Below, one piece after another: positions 40,909 to 51,603 of a stretch of DNA of 64,000 nt. How positions within the stretch are numbered: the stretch's first letter is position 1; each line of letters opens with the position of its first letter. Made by a program: the position numbers and the translations under genes. This DNA comes from Escherichia coli (lineage in GTDB: Bacteria; Pseudomonadota; Gammaproteobacteria; Enterobacterales; Enterobacteriaceae): NCBI RefSeq assembly GCF_024223415.1, contig NZ_CP100500.1. One strand, written 5' to 3'. The notes under the pieces were generated by a model that saw nothing but the letters and a program-made list of their open reading frames with translations, did no database searches and had not been told where the DNA came from.

Positions 40909-41424
40909 ATGCGCTACCGTTCACTATCTCTACTTATTCCATGTGCACTGCTGCTGAGTGCCTGTACCACCGTCACGCCAGCTTATAAAGATAACGGTCC
41001 CCGCACCGGTTCCTGTGTCCAGGGGGGGCCTGACAGCGTGGCCCAACAATTCTATGACTACCGCATTCAACATCGCAGCAATGACATTACCGCCCTGCGC
41101 CCCTATTTGAGTGACAAACTGGCAACCCTACTTAGCGATGCCAGCCGCGATAATAGTCATCGTGAATTGTTAAGCAGTGATCCGTTCTCCAGTCGAACCA
41201 CCTTGCCAGACAGCGCCCACGTTGCCAGTGCATCGACTATCCCTAATCGTGATGCCCGTAACATTCCATTGCGCGTGGATCTCAAGCAGGGTGACCAGGG
41301 CTGGCAGGATGAAGTGTTAATGATTCAGGAAGGCCAGTGTTGGGTGATCGACGATGTGCGCTACTTAGGCGGTAGCGTTCATGCCACGGCGGGTACGCTC
41401 CGTCAGTCCATCGAGAATCGCTAA
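40909..41424 (+). CDS. ybjP: Lipoprotein YbjP
   Basis: MRYRSLSLLIPCALLLSAC lipobox; 171 aa. Confidence 0.8.
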   Translation: MRYRSLSLLIPCALLLSACTTVTPAYKDNGPRTGSCVQGGPDSVAQQFYDYRIQHRSNDITALRPYLSDKLATLLSDASRDNSHRELLSSDPFSSRTTLPDSAHVASASTIPNRDARNIPLRVDLKQGDQGWQDEVLMIQEGQCWVIDDVRYLGGSVHATAGTLRQSIENR

Positions 41425-41641
41425 CGCCTTGATCAACCAATAAACCCCGTAAATTGTCCGGCATTTCGTGAGGAATGCCGACATTTATGCTCGCCGACCA
41501 CCGCCCCCGTTATTTTGTGCTATGTTTATTGAATAATGCGCTTTGCTTTTAACTTTTAAAGCAGAAATATTGCATAATTATTCTGTCAAAGGTACTATCT
41601 TCGACCTCAATAGCTATCAGACTGCCAGTATACGAGTGTCA

Positions 41642-42370
41642 ATGAGTATTCAATTAAACGGCATTAATTGCTTCTACGGCGCGCATCAGGCGCTGTTCGA
41701 TATCACGCTGGATTGCCCACAGGGCGAAACGCTGGTGTTACTTGGCCCCAGCGGCGCGGGTAAAAGCTCGCTGCTGCGTGTACTCAATCTGCTTGAGATG
41801 CCGCGCTCCGGTACGCTCAACATTGCAGGCAACCATTTCGATTTCACCAAAACACCCTCAGACAAAGCGATTCGCGATTTGCGTCGTAACGTTGGCATGG
41901 TGTTTCAGCAATACAACCTGTGGCCGCATCTGACCGTGCAGCAAAACCTGATTGAAGCGCCCTGCCGTGTACTGGGGTTGAGTAAAGATCAGGCGCTGGC
42001 CCGTGCAGAAAAACTGCTGGAACGTCTGCGTCTCAAACCTTATAGCGATCGTTACCCGCTGCATCTTTCTGGTGGTCAGCAGCAGCGTGTTGCTATTGCC
42101 CGTGCGTTAATGATGGAACCGCAGGTACTGCTGTTTGATGAACCGACCGCCGCACTGGACCCGGAAATTACGGCACAAATCGTCAGCATCATTCGTGAGC
42201 TGGCAGAAACGAATATTACCCAGGTGATCGTCACCCACGAAGTTGAAGTGGCGCGTAAAACCGCCAGCCGAGTGGTGTATATGGAAAATGGTCATATCGT
42301 AGAACAAGGCGACGCGAGCTGCTTTACCGAGCCGCAAACCGAAGCATTTAAAAACTATCTCTCTCACTAA
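41642..42370 (+). CDS. artP: Arginine ABC transporter ATP-binding protein ArtP
   Basis: [43 protein letters not shown]; start trimmed from the track ORF. Confidence 0.95.
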
Positions 42371-42387
42371 GATTCGGGATAACAACA

Positions 42388-43119
42388 ATGAAAAAAGTTC
42401 TGATTGCCGCGTTAATTGCAGGTTTTAGTCTTTCCGCCACAGCTGCCGAAACCATTCGTTTTGCTACCGAAGCCTCCTATCCTCCGTTTGAATCGATTGA
42501 TGCAAACAACCAGATCGTTGGTTTTGACGTCGACCTGGCACAGGCACTGTGTAAAGAGATTGATGCAACCTGTACTTTCTCTAACCAGGCGTTTGACAGC
42601 CTGATCCCAAGCCTGAAATTCCGTCGCGTAGAAGCCGTGATGGCGGGCATGGATATCACTCCGGAGCGTGAAAAGCAGGTGCTGTTTACCACCCCGTACT
42701 ATGACAACTCTGCCCTGTTTGTGGGTCAGCAAGGCAAATACACCAGTGTTGATCAGCTGAAAGGCAAAAAAGTCGGCGTTCAGAACGGGACGACACACCA
42801 GAAGTTCATTATGGATAAGCATCCGGAAATCACTACCGTGCCGTATGACAGCTACCAGAACGCAAAACTGGATCTGCAAAATGGTCGTATCGACAGCGTA
42901 TTTGGTGACACCGCAGTGGTAACCGAATGGCTGAAAGATAACCCGAAACTGGCGGCAGTGGGCGATAAAGTGACCGATAAAGATTATTTCGGTACTGGCC
43001 TCGGCATCGCGGTACGTCAGGGCAACACTGAACTGCAGCAGAAACTCAACACTGCGCTGGAAAAAGTGAAGAAAGATGGCACTTACGAAACCATCTACAA
43101 CAAATGGTTCCAGAAGTAA
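42388..43119 (+). CDS. artI: Arginine-binding periplasmic protein ArtI
   Basis: 243 aa with signal peptide, following artP. Confidence 0.9.
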   Translation: MKKVLIAALIAGFSLSATAAETIRFATEASYPPFESIDANNQIVGFDVDLAQALCKEIDATCTFSNQAFDSLIPSLKFRRVEAVMAGMDITPEREKQVLFTTPYYDNSALFVGQQGKYTSVDQLKGKKVGVQNGTTHQKFIMDKHPEITTVPYDSYQNAKLDLQNGRIDSVFGDTAVVTEWLKDNPKLAAVGDKVTDKDYFGTGLGIAVRQGNTELQQKLNTALEKVKKDGTYETIYNKWFQK

Positions 43120-43125
43120 TTCCTG

Positions 43126-43842
43126 ATGAATGAATTTTTTCCTTTAGCAAGCGCCGCCGGGATGACCGTCGGCCTTGCCGTTTGTGCATTGATTGTCGGG
43201 CTGGCGCTGGCGATGTTCTTTGCGGTATGGGAGTCGGCAAAATGGCGTCCTGTCGCGTGGGCAGGTTCAGCACTGGTAACCATTCTGCGTGGCCTGCCAG
43301 AAATTCTGGTGGTGCTGTTTATCTATTTTGGTTCCTCGCAGCTGCTGCTGACGCTTTCGGATGGCTTCACTATCAATCTTGGGTTCGTGCAGATCCCGGT
43401 GCAGATGGACATTGAGAACTTCGACGTGAGTCCGTTCCTTTGTGGTGTCATCGCTCTGTCACTGCTGTATGCCGCCTATGCCTCGCAAACGCTGCGCGGC
43501 GCGTTGAAAGCGGTACCGGTGGGCCAGTGGGAATCCGGCCAGGCGCTGGGGCTGTCGAAATCGGCTATCTTTTTCCGTCTGGTGATGCCGCAGATGTGGC
43601 GTCATGCGCTGCCTGGCCTCGGTAACCAGTGGCTGGTGCTGCTGAAAGATACCGCGCTGGTCAGTTTGATTAGTGTGAATGATTTAATGCTGCAAACCAA
43701 AAGCATCGCTACTCGTACCCAGGAACCATTTACCTGGTACATTGTGGCGGCGGCGATTTACCTGGTGATCACCCTGCTCAGTCAGTACATTCTCAAACGC
43801 ATTGACCTGCGCGCGACACGTTTTGAGCGGAGGCCCAGCTAA
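43126..43842 (+). CDS. artQ: Arginine ABC transporter permease ArtQ
   Basis: 238-aa permease. Confidence 0.9.
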
Positions 43843-44510
43843 TGTTTGAGTATTTACCCGAACTGATGAAAGGGCTGCACACCAGCCTGACGCTAACCGT
43901 TGCCTCGCTGATTGTGGCACTGATTCTGGCATTGATTTTTACCATTATCCTGACGCTGAAAACGCCGGTGCTGGTGTGGCTGGTGCGGGGCTATATCACG
44001 CTGTTTACCGGTACGCCGCTGCTGGTGCAGATCTTCCTGATTTATTACGGGCCGGGCCAGTTCCCGACGTTGCAGGAGTATCCGGCACTGTGGCATCTGT
44101 TGTCAGAACCGTGGTTATGTGCACTGATTGCGTTGTCGCTGAACAGTGCGGCGTATACCACGCAGCTGTTTTACGGTGCCATTCGTGCGATCCCGGAAGG
44201 TCAGTGGCAGTCCTGTAGCGCCCTGGGAATGAGCAAAAAAGATACGCTGGCGATCCTGCTGCCGTATGCCTTTAAACGCTCGCTCTCTTCTTATTCCAAC
44301 GAAGTGGTGCTGGTGTTCAAAAGTACCTCTCTGGCTTACACCATTACGCTGATGGAAGTGATGGGATACAGCCAGTTGTTGTACGGACGCACCTACGATG
44401 TAATGGTGTTCGGTGCGGCAGGGATTATTTACCTGGTCGTCAACGGCCTGCTGACGCTGATGATGCGTCTGATCGAGCGCAAAGCACTGGCATTCGAACG
44501 GCGGAATTAA
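43842..44510 (+). CDS. artM: Arginine ABC transporter permease ArtM
   Basis: 222-aa permease; start overlaps the artQ stop. Confidence 0.9.
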   Translation: MFEYLPELMKGLHTSLTLTVASLIVALILALIFTIILTLKTPVLVWLVRGYITLFTGTPLLVQIFLIYYGPGQFPTLQEYPALWHLLSEPWLCALIALSLNSAAYTTQLFYGAIRAIPEGQWQSCSALGMSKKDTLAILLPYAFKRSLSSYSNEVVLVFKSTSLAYTITLMEVMGYSQLLYGRTYDVMVFGAAGIIYLVVNGLLTLMMRLIERKALAFERRN

Positions 44511-44514
44511 TGTA

Positions 44515-44640
44515 GCTGCGTACATTCGCCGGGGGGGTTTGTAGGTCTGATAAGACGCGCCAGCGTCGCATCAGACATCAGCACGGTGCCTGTGCCGGAT
44601 GCGGCGTGGACGCCTTATCCGGCCTACATAGTGCATAAAT
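44515..44640. repeat. REP/BIME palindromic elements
   Basis: GCCTGATGCGACGCTGGCGCGTCTTATCAGGCCTAC-type and GCCGGATGCGGCGTGGACGCCTTATCCGGCCTACA-type units between artM and artJ. Confidence 0.65.
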
Positions 44641-44801
44641 TCTTATAATAAAGACGGACAACTCACTAAGTTGTCCGTCTTTTTTTATTTCATGTAAATT
44701 ATTTAATCATATTTATTGCATATAAATTCACTTGATGGCATTGTTATCCCATGCCGCAGACACGGCCAAAAATCATAAGATTGCCAGACGGGAGTTCCAT
44801 C

Positions 44802-45533
44802 ATGAAAAAGTTAGTTCTTGCCGCTTTACTTGCTTCCTTTACTTTCGGTACTTCTGCCGCAGAGAAAATCAATTTTGGCGTTTCAGCCACCTATCCACCC
44901 TTTGAATCTATAGGTGCTAATAATGAGATTGTCGGCTTTGATATCGATCTGGCAAAAGCCTTGTGCAAACAAATGCAGGCAGAATGTACTTTTGCTAATC
45001 ACGCGTTCGACAGCCTGATCCCGTCACTGAAATTCAGAAAATATGACGCCGTAATCTCCGGTATGGATATCACCCCGGAGCGTAGCAAACAGGTATCGTT
45101 TACCACGCCCTACTATGAAAACTCAGCCGTCGTGATTGCCAAAAAAGATACCTACAAAACGTTTGCCGACCTGAAAGGCAAACGTATTGGGATGGAAAAC
45201 GGCACCACGCACCAGAAATATATTCAGGATCAGCACCCGGAAGTGAAAACTGTCTCCTATGACAGTTATCAGAATGCCTTTATCGATCTGAAAAATGGCC
45301 GTATTGATGGGGTATTTGGTGACACAGCGGTGGTTAATGAATGGCTGAAAACCAACCCGCAACTGGGCGTTGCGACTGAAAAAGTGACCGATCCGCAATA
45401 CTTCGGCACCGGCCTGGGTATCGCTGTACGTCCGGATAACAAAGCTCTGCTGGAAAAACTGAATAACGCGCTGGCAGCAATTAAAGCTGACGGTACATAT
45501 CAGAAAATCAGCGATCAGTGGTTCCCGCAATAA
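44802..45533 (+). CDS. artJ: Arginine-binding periplasmic protein ArtJ
   Basis: MKKLVLAALLASFTFGTSAAEKINFGVSATYPPFES; 243 aa. Confidence 0.9.
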   Translation: MKKLVLAALLASFTFGTSAAEKINFGVSATYPPFESIGANNEIVGFDIDLAKALCKQMQAECTFANHAFDSLIPSLKFRKYDAVISGMDITPERSKQVSFTTPYYENSAVVIAKKDTYKTFADLKGKRIGMENGTTHQKYIQDQHPEVKTVSYDSYQNAFIDLKNGRIDGVFGDTAVVNEWLKTNPQLGVATEKVTDPQYFGTGLGIAVRPDNKALLEKLNNALAAIKADGTYQKISDQWFPQ

Positions 45534-45583
45534 TTATTCATTTGCCGGAGTGGGCGAACACCCATTCCGGCAAAATCACTTCT

Positions 45584-47065
45584 CTACGCTAATCCCAGGC
45601 GCTGAAACTGCTCTGGCGGCGCATCATTATCTTTCATCAACTGAATCAGCAACGCGATCATCCGGGACTCGATCACATCATCATGAATCGGATGTAGCTG
45701 CTGCGGATCGTTTTGCAGATCAAACAGCAAATGACCAAACTGATTCAACCCCTTATATTTTTCCTGTGCCGGGATGCGTAATACCTGTAACCCTTTGGTA
45801 AAACGAAACGGTGGGGCCAGCGATAAAGCCCGCATCTCATCCACCGGATAGCGGCTGTTCATTTTACAGGACATCAACGTGTAGTTGGCAATATCATCCT
45901 CACGCCCCGGCAGCGCTGCACGCATATACACATAACGCCCATCAGTTACGTTAGCATGACCACTGAAAACACCAAACATCGCCGAGCTGCGTACTGGTTC
46001 ATCGTGACTGACCGTTTTCGCCAGCGGTTGCCCCTGCACATCGGGCGGCACTGGCTGTTGAAAAAAGTCATACAACGTTGGCGCCCAGTCGATCATTTGT
46101 ACCAGTGCCTGTCGCCGCTCTCCTTTTACACCACTGCGCGGGTCCCAGATAAACAACGGATTATTGGCAACTTCGTTGTAATAAGGCATCTGGTTTTTCG
46201 CCCACCAGCCATGCTCACCGAGTAAAAAGCCGTGGTCAGTGCCGACAATCAGCATGGTATCTCGCCACAGATCGTGCTCATCCATCAGGTCGAGAATGCG
46301 CCCCAGGTTGCGATCGCACATCGACACCAGCGAACGATACCGGCAACGGATGTGCTCCACGGCCTCGTCGCTTTCCTGCACCCGGCCACGCGGCCAGTCA
46401 TAATGCGGTCCATCCCAGTTATCTTCATACAAGGAAAGATACTCTTCCGTTGTGTGAAACGGCTCGTGCGGATCAAACGTTTCGACCTGCAATAACCAGT
46501 TATCTTCCGCGTGATTTTTGTGGATAAAGGCACAGCCTGCATCAAACACTTTAGTTTGTGGAAAATCCGCTTCCTGCTGAATATATTCCCGGTTTGCCCA
46601 GTCATGGCGCCACAGACCAGAAACACCGCCACCGGTCTGCTTTTGCGGCACCCGTAGCACCTCGGGAATAGGCGGTTGCGCAACGCTTGCATGCCAGTGA
46701 TCGCCTTCCTGTCCGCGCACAATCTCCCACGAACTGTAGCGATTATGATAATTCCCGCCGCCATCTTCCCAGTAATGCAAATGATCGCTTATCAGGTGGG
46801 TATAGATCCCCGCCTTTTTAAGCAGCTCCGGCATGGAATCGTCAAACGGTTCTAACGGCCCCCACTCCCGATGCAGGAAGTTACATCGCCCGGTATGCAA
46901 CTCCCGCCGGGCAGGCATACACGGCATACTGCCGACGTAACTGTTTTCAAAGGTGGCGGCATGAGCCGCCAGACGTTGGAAATTAGGCGCTTTGGTTAAC
47001 GCATCGCCATAAGGTGGCAGATAACGTTTATTCAGACTATCGAACAGTAGAATAATCGCTCTCAT
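45584..47065 (-). CDS. Cys-type sulfatase (alkaline-phosphatase superfamily), accessory
   Basis: 493 aa; CMPAR (C-x-P-x-R) formylglycine signature within GSMPCMPARRELHTG. Confidence 0.75.
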   Translation of the reverse strand: MRAIILLFDSLNKRYLPPYGDALTKAPNFQRLAAHAATFENSYVGSMPCMPARRELHTGRCNFLHREWGPLEPFDDSMPELLKKAGIYTHLISDHLHYWEDGGGNYHNRYSSWEIVRGQEGDHWHASVAQPPIPEVLRVPQKQTGGGVSGLWRHDWANREYIQQEADFPQTKVFDAGCAFIHKNHAEDNWLLQVETFDPHEPFHTTEEYLSLYEDNWDGPHYDWPRGRVQESDEAVEHIRCRYRSLVSMCDRNLGRILDLMDEHDLWRDTMLIVGTDHGFLLGEHGWWAKNQMPYYNEVANNPLFIWDPRSGVKGERRQALVQMIDWAPTLYDFFQQPVPPDVQGQPLAKTVSHDEPVRSSAMFGVFSGHANVTDGRYVYMRAALPGREDDIANYTLMSCKMNSRYPVDEMRALSLAPPFRFTKGLQVLRIPAQEKYKGLNQFGHLLFDLQNDPQQLHPIHDDVIESRMIALLIQLMKDNDAPPEQFQRLGLA

Positions 47066-47076
47066 TACGCCCTACC

Positions 47077-47397
47077 TTATTGATTAATTAAATGCGGATA
47101 ATGATGCTGAACCACTTCATAAATTTGCTGACCAATAGTTTCACCGTCCATAATATTCTCTATCGGGATCAGATATTGCCCTTGTTTCGGGTCAAGACTA
47201 ACCACATCGAGTAATTTTTTGGAAATAGCAAAAATATCCGCCCAGTCGGTAAATCCGCCGACTTCACCTGCGGCGGTATGTTCCATTTCAACTTTGAAAT
47301 CATATTTGGTCAGCGCTTTTTTAACGACCGTTTGTAACATAACGCTACTGCCTACACCGTAACCACAGACAAACAGAATATTAATTGTATCTTTCAT
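47077..47397 (-). CDS. PTS EIIB component (ascorbate/lactose-type), accessory
   Basis: 106 aa; MKDTINILFVCGYGVGSS with a phosphorylatable Cys. Confidence 0.8.
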   Translation of the reverse strand: MKDTINILFVCGYGVGSSVMLQTVVKKALTKYDFKVEMEHTAAGEVGGFTDWADIFAISKKLLDVVSLDPKQGQYLIPIENIMDGETIGQQIYEVVQHHYPHLINQ

Positions 47398-47418
47398 TTT
47401 TAAACCCTTAATATTTAA

Positions 47419-48744
47419 TTAACCCGCGTAAGGACCAAGATGGAATGTTGCAGCGATAAATTTCAGAACTTCACAAATAGCAGGCCATACGGTTGCCCAG
47501 TCAAATATTCCTGTCCAGCCGACGCCATTTTCAGCAAGCCCGGTTAACGGAATAGCCCACACCGTACCGAAGGTCTGAATAATACCCAGCAAGAACGTAC
47601 AGATAATTACGGAACGGTATCCGCCCATGCGGTTTGCTAATACGCCAATTGGACCGCCAGAGAAAAACAGAGGTACAAAGCCAGGCAATACCATAATTGG
47701 GCTGTGAACCAGTAATAAGATCCCCATCGAAAAAATGGTGCCAAAAGTACAGAAGACGAAGCCTAACGTTGCGGCATTGGGTGAAAAAGGTAACAGCGCT
47801 GCAACATCGACAGCAGGAATAGCGTTAGGAATAAAGCGATCTTGCCAGCCTTTAAACGAACCGTTAATTTCGCCCACCATCATGCGCACACCCTGCAGCA
47901 GAATGACCATATACATGGAGAACTGTAAGCCAAGGTTGATGATATAGATGTACCAGGGCTTGCCTTTCGCCATTAACTGGACATTATCGATACCCGTTGA
48001 TAGCAAGAAACCACCGACAAACAGCGTCATCACAATGGCGATAGCCGTTACGTTATGGTTAAAAATCGCCAGCCACCCGGGAAGTTTCAGGTTTTCAGCA
48101 TCGTGCTTTTCAGGGTCACCAAATTTATGGGCGAATTTGGAGAAAAACCACAATCCCAACATCTGGTTATGAGCAATGGTAAAACCGGCATCTTTGGTAA
48201 CTTTGGCAATGGGCTTAACAATGAGCGTGGTGGAGAACGCCCAGAATACACCCGTTAATATTCCGGCAATAATAATTGATGTAGTCCAGCTAAAACCCAG
48301 CCAAAAGACAATCAACCATAATACCGCCTGAGAATGTGAAACACCGGTATTCCCTGTCAAAAATATCCCTTTGGCACCTGTATACCGACCAAATAATACC
48401 AGCAGCAGGTTGGTAAAAAACGCCAGTACAAATACATACCCGACATAACCAAAATTATCCCCCAATGCAATTTGCGTTGCCGCTTTCATTGCGTAGGAAT
48501 CCATTAAATATCCGTGAACACCATAGGCTTTACTTACGGCTTCTGCTACCGGTTTAAATGTTGCGGAAAACTGGAAACCACCAAATAACACCATCATTAA
48601 TCCCACCATGGCGCTGACCATGCCGGTAATAATTTTTATTGGCGATTTCTTATCAAGGGCATAACCAATACCCACCAGCAAACCAATTAAAATTGCCGGT
48701 TCAGTTAAAAACGTTTGAATAACATCTATGAATTTGGCAAACAT
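47419..48744 (-). CDS. PTS EIIC component (ascorbate-type, UlaA/SgaT family), accessory
   Basis: Polytopic membrane protein; start trimmed to MFAKFIDVIQTF. Confidence 0.8.
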   Translation of the reverse strand: MFAKFIDVIQTFLTEPAILIGLLVGIGYALDKKSPIKIITGMVSAMVGLMMVLFGGFQFSATFKPVAEAVSKAYGVHGYLMDSYAMKAATQIALGDNFGYVGYVFVLAFFTNLLLVLFGRYTGAKGIFLTGNTGVSHSQAVLWLIVFWLGFSWTTSIIIAGILTGVFWAFSTTLIVKPIAKVTKDAGFTIAHNQMLGLWFFSKFAHKFGDPEKHDAENLKLPGWLAIFNHNVTAIAIVMTLFVGGFLLSTGIDNVQLMAKGKPWYIYIINLGLQFSMYMVILLQGVRMMVGEINGSFKGWQDRFIPNAIPAVDVAALLPFSPNAATLGFVFCTFGTIFSMGILLLVHSPIMVLPGFVPLFFSGGPIGVLANRMGGYRSVIICTFLLGIIQTFGTVWAIPLTGLAENGVGWTGIFDWATVWPAICEVLKFIAATFHLGPYAG

Positions 48745-48952
48745 CGTCGGAACGCCCTCCATAAGCGTACATTTCCGTTGTCAATGCATGAACCTTCTGC
48801 TGACGTTAATAATGTCTCAGGAAATTTTGTGTTTCGCTAAGCAATGCCTCTGTATGTATTTGGTAAGTGCACTGTAGTAATCAAAACAGTTCAATTAAAG
48901 ATCTTATTTGATTATTTGTGATTTGATTTGCAAAAATAGAGCAATATATAAC

Positions 48953-48988
48953 CGTGATCGATCGGTTATTATTAATCGATCGATCACG
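48953..48988. promoter_or_regulatory. Perfect 12-bp inverted repeat CGTGATCGATCG-N12-CGATCGATCACG (operator candidate or rlmC terminator)
   Basis: Lies between the PTS operon start and the rlmC 3' end; each arm contains the palindrome GATCGATC. Confidence 0.5.
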
Positions 48989-49041
48989 ATTATTATTTTG
49001 AGTGAATAGTTGTTGCCGAAAAATTTACTGCCGTGATGTAT

Positions 49042-50169
49042 TTAAATTTTTACCAGCAGTGTCAACACTTCATAATGCGCGGTGTGCGGGAACATATCGA
49101 AAAGCTGCACCCGTTCAATGCGATAACCAGGCAGTTCTCGGATATCTTTCGCCATGGTTTGGGCGTTACAGCTGGAGTAGATGATAAAACGCGGTGCCAT
49201 CGTTGAGAGATAATCACACAGCGGTTTACCAATGCCGCGGCGCGGCGGGTTAACCAGCACCAGCTCCGGCACCTCCCCCTGAGCGGTGGCAAACTGAGTG
49301 GAGTCCAGCGCCTGAAATTGCAAACGCGTTAAGCCCAGTTCAGCAGCTGACTGCTTTGCACAGGCAATGGCCTCTGGCGCAATTTCGATCCCGGTTAACT
49401 GCATGTCAGGCGTCGCGCAGTGTAAACCAAAGCCCCCCACGCCGCAGAACAGATCCCACATATGTTTAACCGGCAGCTGTCGTACCCAGTCGCGCGCGGT
49501 AGCGTACAGCTGGCTGGCGACCGCCGGATTAGTCTGGAAGAAACTTTGCGGACGGATCCACAGCGGAACATCGTTAAAACGCTCTGCCAGCGCCTGTTGT
49601 TCGGTCAGGTAGATCTCCGTCTTCCCTTCCATAATCGCCATATGTACCGGCTGAATATTGACGGTGATAACTTTTAGCTGCGGCAATTGTGCCTGTAACC
49701 ACGGCAATGCCTTACGCAGTTGTGCCAGTTTGGTTTCAGAACGCAGTACAAAGCGCAGCATCATGCCGCCATCGCTCTGGCTTTCAGTCAGCAGAATGTA
49801 TTTCAGTTCGCCACGCTTACGCGCCACGTTGTAGGGCGTTAACCCCGCTCGGGCGATAAACGGTTTTAGCGCCGCAAAAACGGGCGCAAATGAGGCAGGA
49901 TAAAGCGGGCAGTCACAAAGGTCTTCCGGTGTGCCGTCTCGATGCAGCATACCGAGCAGTGGTTTTTCAACGCTACCACTCACCACCATTTTGGCTTTAT
50001 TACGAAACCCTTGTTCCGGGCCTGACACCGGCGCGCACCATTCCTCAACCGGAAAGTCGGCGAGCAGATTTTTAAGATCGGCGGTTTTAGCGGAGAGTTG
50101 CTCTGGAATCGGCTGCGTTATCCACTGACAGGAACGACAGCGACCCGCGTCGTAAAGTGCGCACTGCAT
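49042..50169 (-). CDS. rlmC: 23S rRNA (uracil747-C5)-methyltransferase RlmC
   Basis: 375 aa; N-terminal Cys cluster [16 protein letters not shown] and a SAM-methyltransferase fold. Confidence 0.9.
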   Translation of the reverse strand: MQCALYDAGRCRSCQWITQPIPEQLSAKTADLKNLLADFPVEEWCAPVSGPEQGFRNKAKMVVSGSVEKPLLGMLHRDGTPEDLCDCPLYPASFAPVFAALKPFIARAGLTPYNVARKRGELKYILLTESQSDGGMMLRFVLRSETKLAQLRKALPWLQAQLPQLKVITVNIQPVHMAIMEGKTEIYLTEQQALAERFNDVPLWIRPQSFFQTNPAVASQLYATARDWVRQLPVKHMWDLFCGVGGFGLHCATPDMQLTGIEIAPEAIACAKQSAAELGLTRLQFQALDSTQFATAQGEVPELVLVNPPRRGIGKPLCDYLSTMAPRFIIYSSCNAQTMAKDIRELPGYRIERVQLFDMFPHTAHYEVLTLLVKI

Positions 50170-50209
50170 ACATTGACCTTCACATCATCAGGGGCGACGA
50201 TTATACACA

Positions 50210-50698
50210 TTATTGCAACTGGAAGAACCGCCGACTGGTCGAGGGAACGAACAGCAGCATCAGGATGAGCATATCCGGCAGCTTCTGCAGCATCAGGCTA
50301 TGGAAGATTTCACGTTTTGATTCACCGGGAATGCTGAACAGCTCCGGATAACCGTACCCCAGCGAAGCCGCCCACAAGTAACTTGCGGCCGTGATTTGTG
50401 TCAGCAGATATAGCCATCGCGCCCAGCGACGCCCTTTCACCAGTGAAAACGCACACCAGATCTCAATGAAAACCAGCACCAGACTGCTTAAAAAGACCAG
50501 CGTTAAACTCCAGGTTTGTACGCTGCGATGAATGAACTCGCCAATACCGCGCACGCCCAGCGTATTGAAAATCATCAGCACGTCGAGGCCACGGATCATA
50601 ATAATGGCGAGCGCCGCCACCTGCACCAGCGCAGGCACATTCAGGCGAGCATGAGATGAAGATGTTTTCTTAAAAAATCCCAACGTTTCGTCTTCCAT
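50210..50698 (-). CDS. ybjO: Inner membrane protein YbjO
   Basis: 162-aa membrane protein at the K-12 ybjO position. Confidence 0.8.
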   Translation of the reverse strand: MEDETLGFFKKTSSSHARLNVPALVQVAALAIIMIRGLDVLMIFNTLGVRGIGEFIHRSVQTWSLTLVFLSSLVLVFIEIWCAFSLVKGRRWARWLYLLTQITAASYLWAASLGYGYPELFSIPGESKREIFHSLMLQKLPDMLILMLLFVPSTSRRFFQLQ

Positions 50699-50757
50699 GA
50701 AAACAATGCCGCGACATGCGCGGCATTATGTAGCCAGGTTGGCAAATTTTAGTGTCT

Positions 50758-51603
50758 TCAGCCACGTCTTGCACGCTGGATGTCGCGTATCCGCTGTTTT
50801 TCTGCGCGAGCCATCATATACCAGGCGATAAATCCGACAATTCCGACCGCGCCGAGGATCAATGTTGCCAGGGCGTTGATTTCCGGATTCACCCCCATCC
50901 GCACGCTGGAAAAGACCAGCATCGGTAACGTGGTGGCTCCCGGCCCGGAAACAAAGCTGGCGATAACCAGATCATCAAGCGACAAAGTAAAAGCCAGTAA
51001 CCAGCCAGAAATGATCGCGGGCATGATCATCGGTAGCGTAATGACGAAAAACACTTTCAGCGGCGTCGCACCGAGATCCATCGCTGCTTCTTCTATCGAG
51101 CGATCCAGTTCCCGCAATCTTGAAGAAATAACGACCGCCACATAAGCCGTACAAAAAGTGACATGCGCCAGCCAGATGGTGAGCATACCGCGGTCCGCAG
51201 GCCAGCCAATGGCATGAGCAAGCGCGACGAATAATAACAACAGCGACAAGCCCGTGATGACATCTGGCATTACCAGCGGCGCGGTGATCATAAAGGCAAA
51301 GCCATTTGATCCGCGAAACCTGCCAAAGCGCACCAGCACCACCGCCGCAATAGTTCCGAGGATCGCCGCCGCCGTCGCCGCACAGGCCGCAATTGTCAGA
51401 CTTAAACCAACCGCACTCATCATCGCGTCATCGCGCAATAATTCGCCATACCAGCGCGTTGACCAGCCGGTCCACACCGTCACCAGCTTCGAGCTGTTAA
51501 ACGAATAGATAACCAGCATCAGCATTGGCGCGTAGAGAAAGGTAAAGCCCAGCAGCAAAATCACAATCCGCCAGGGCGAACGAACTACCGGTAAATTATT
51601 CAT
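50758..51603 (-). CDS. potI: Putrescine ABC transporter permease PotI
   Basis: Start trimmed to MNNLPVVRSPWRIVILLLGF (281 aa). Confidence 0.9.
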   Translation of the reverse strand: MNNLPVVRSPWRIVILLLGFTFLYAPMLMLVIYSFNSSKLVTVWTGWSTRWYGELLRDDAMMSAVGLSLTIAACAATAAAILGTIAAVVLVRFGRFRGSNGFAFMITAPLVMPDVITGLSLLLLFVALAHAIGWPADRGMLTIWLAHVTFCTAYVAVVISSRLRELDRSIEEAAMDLGATPLKVFFVITLPMIMPAIISGWLLAFTLSLDDLVIASFVSGPGATTLPMLVFSSVRMGVNPEINALATLILGAVGIVGFIAWYMMARAEKQRIRDIQRARRG

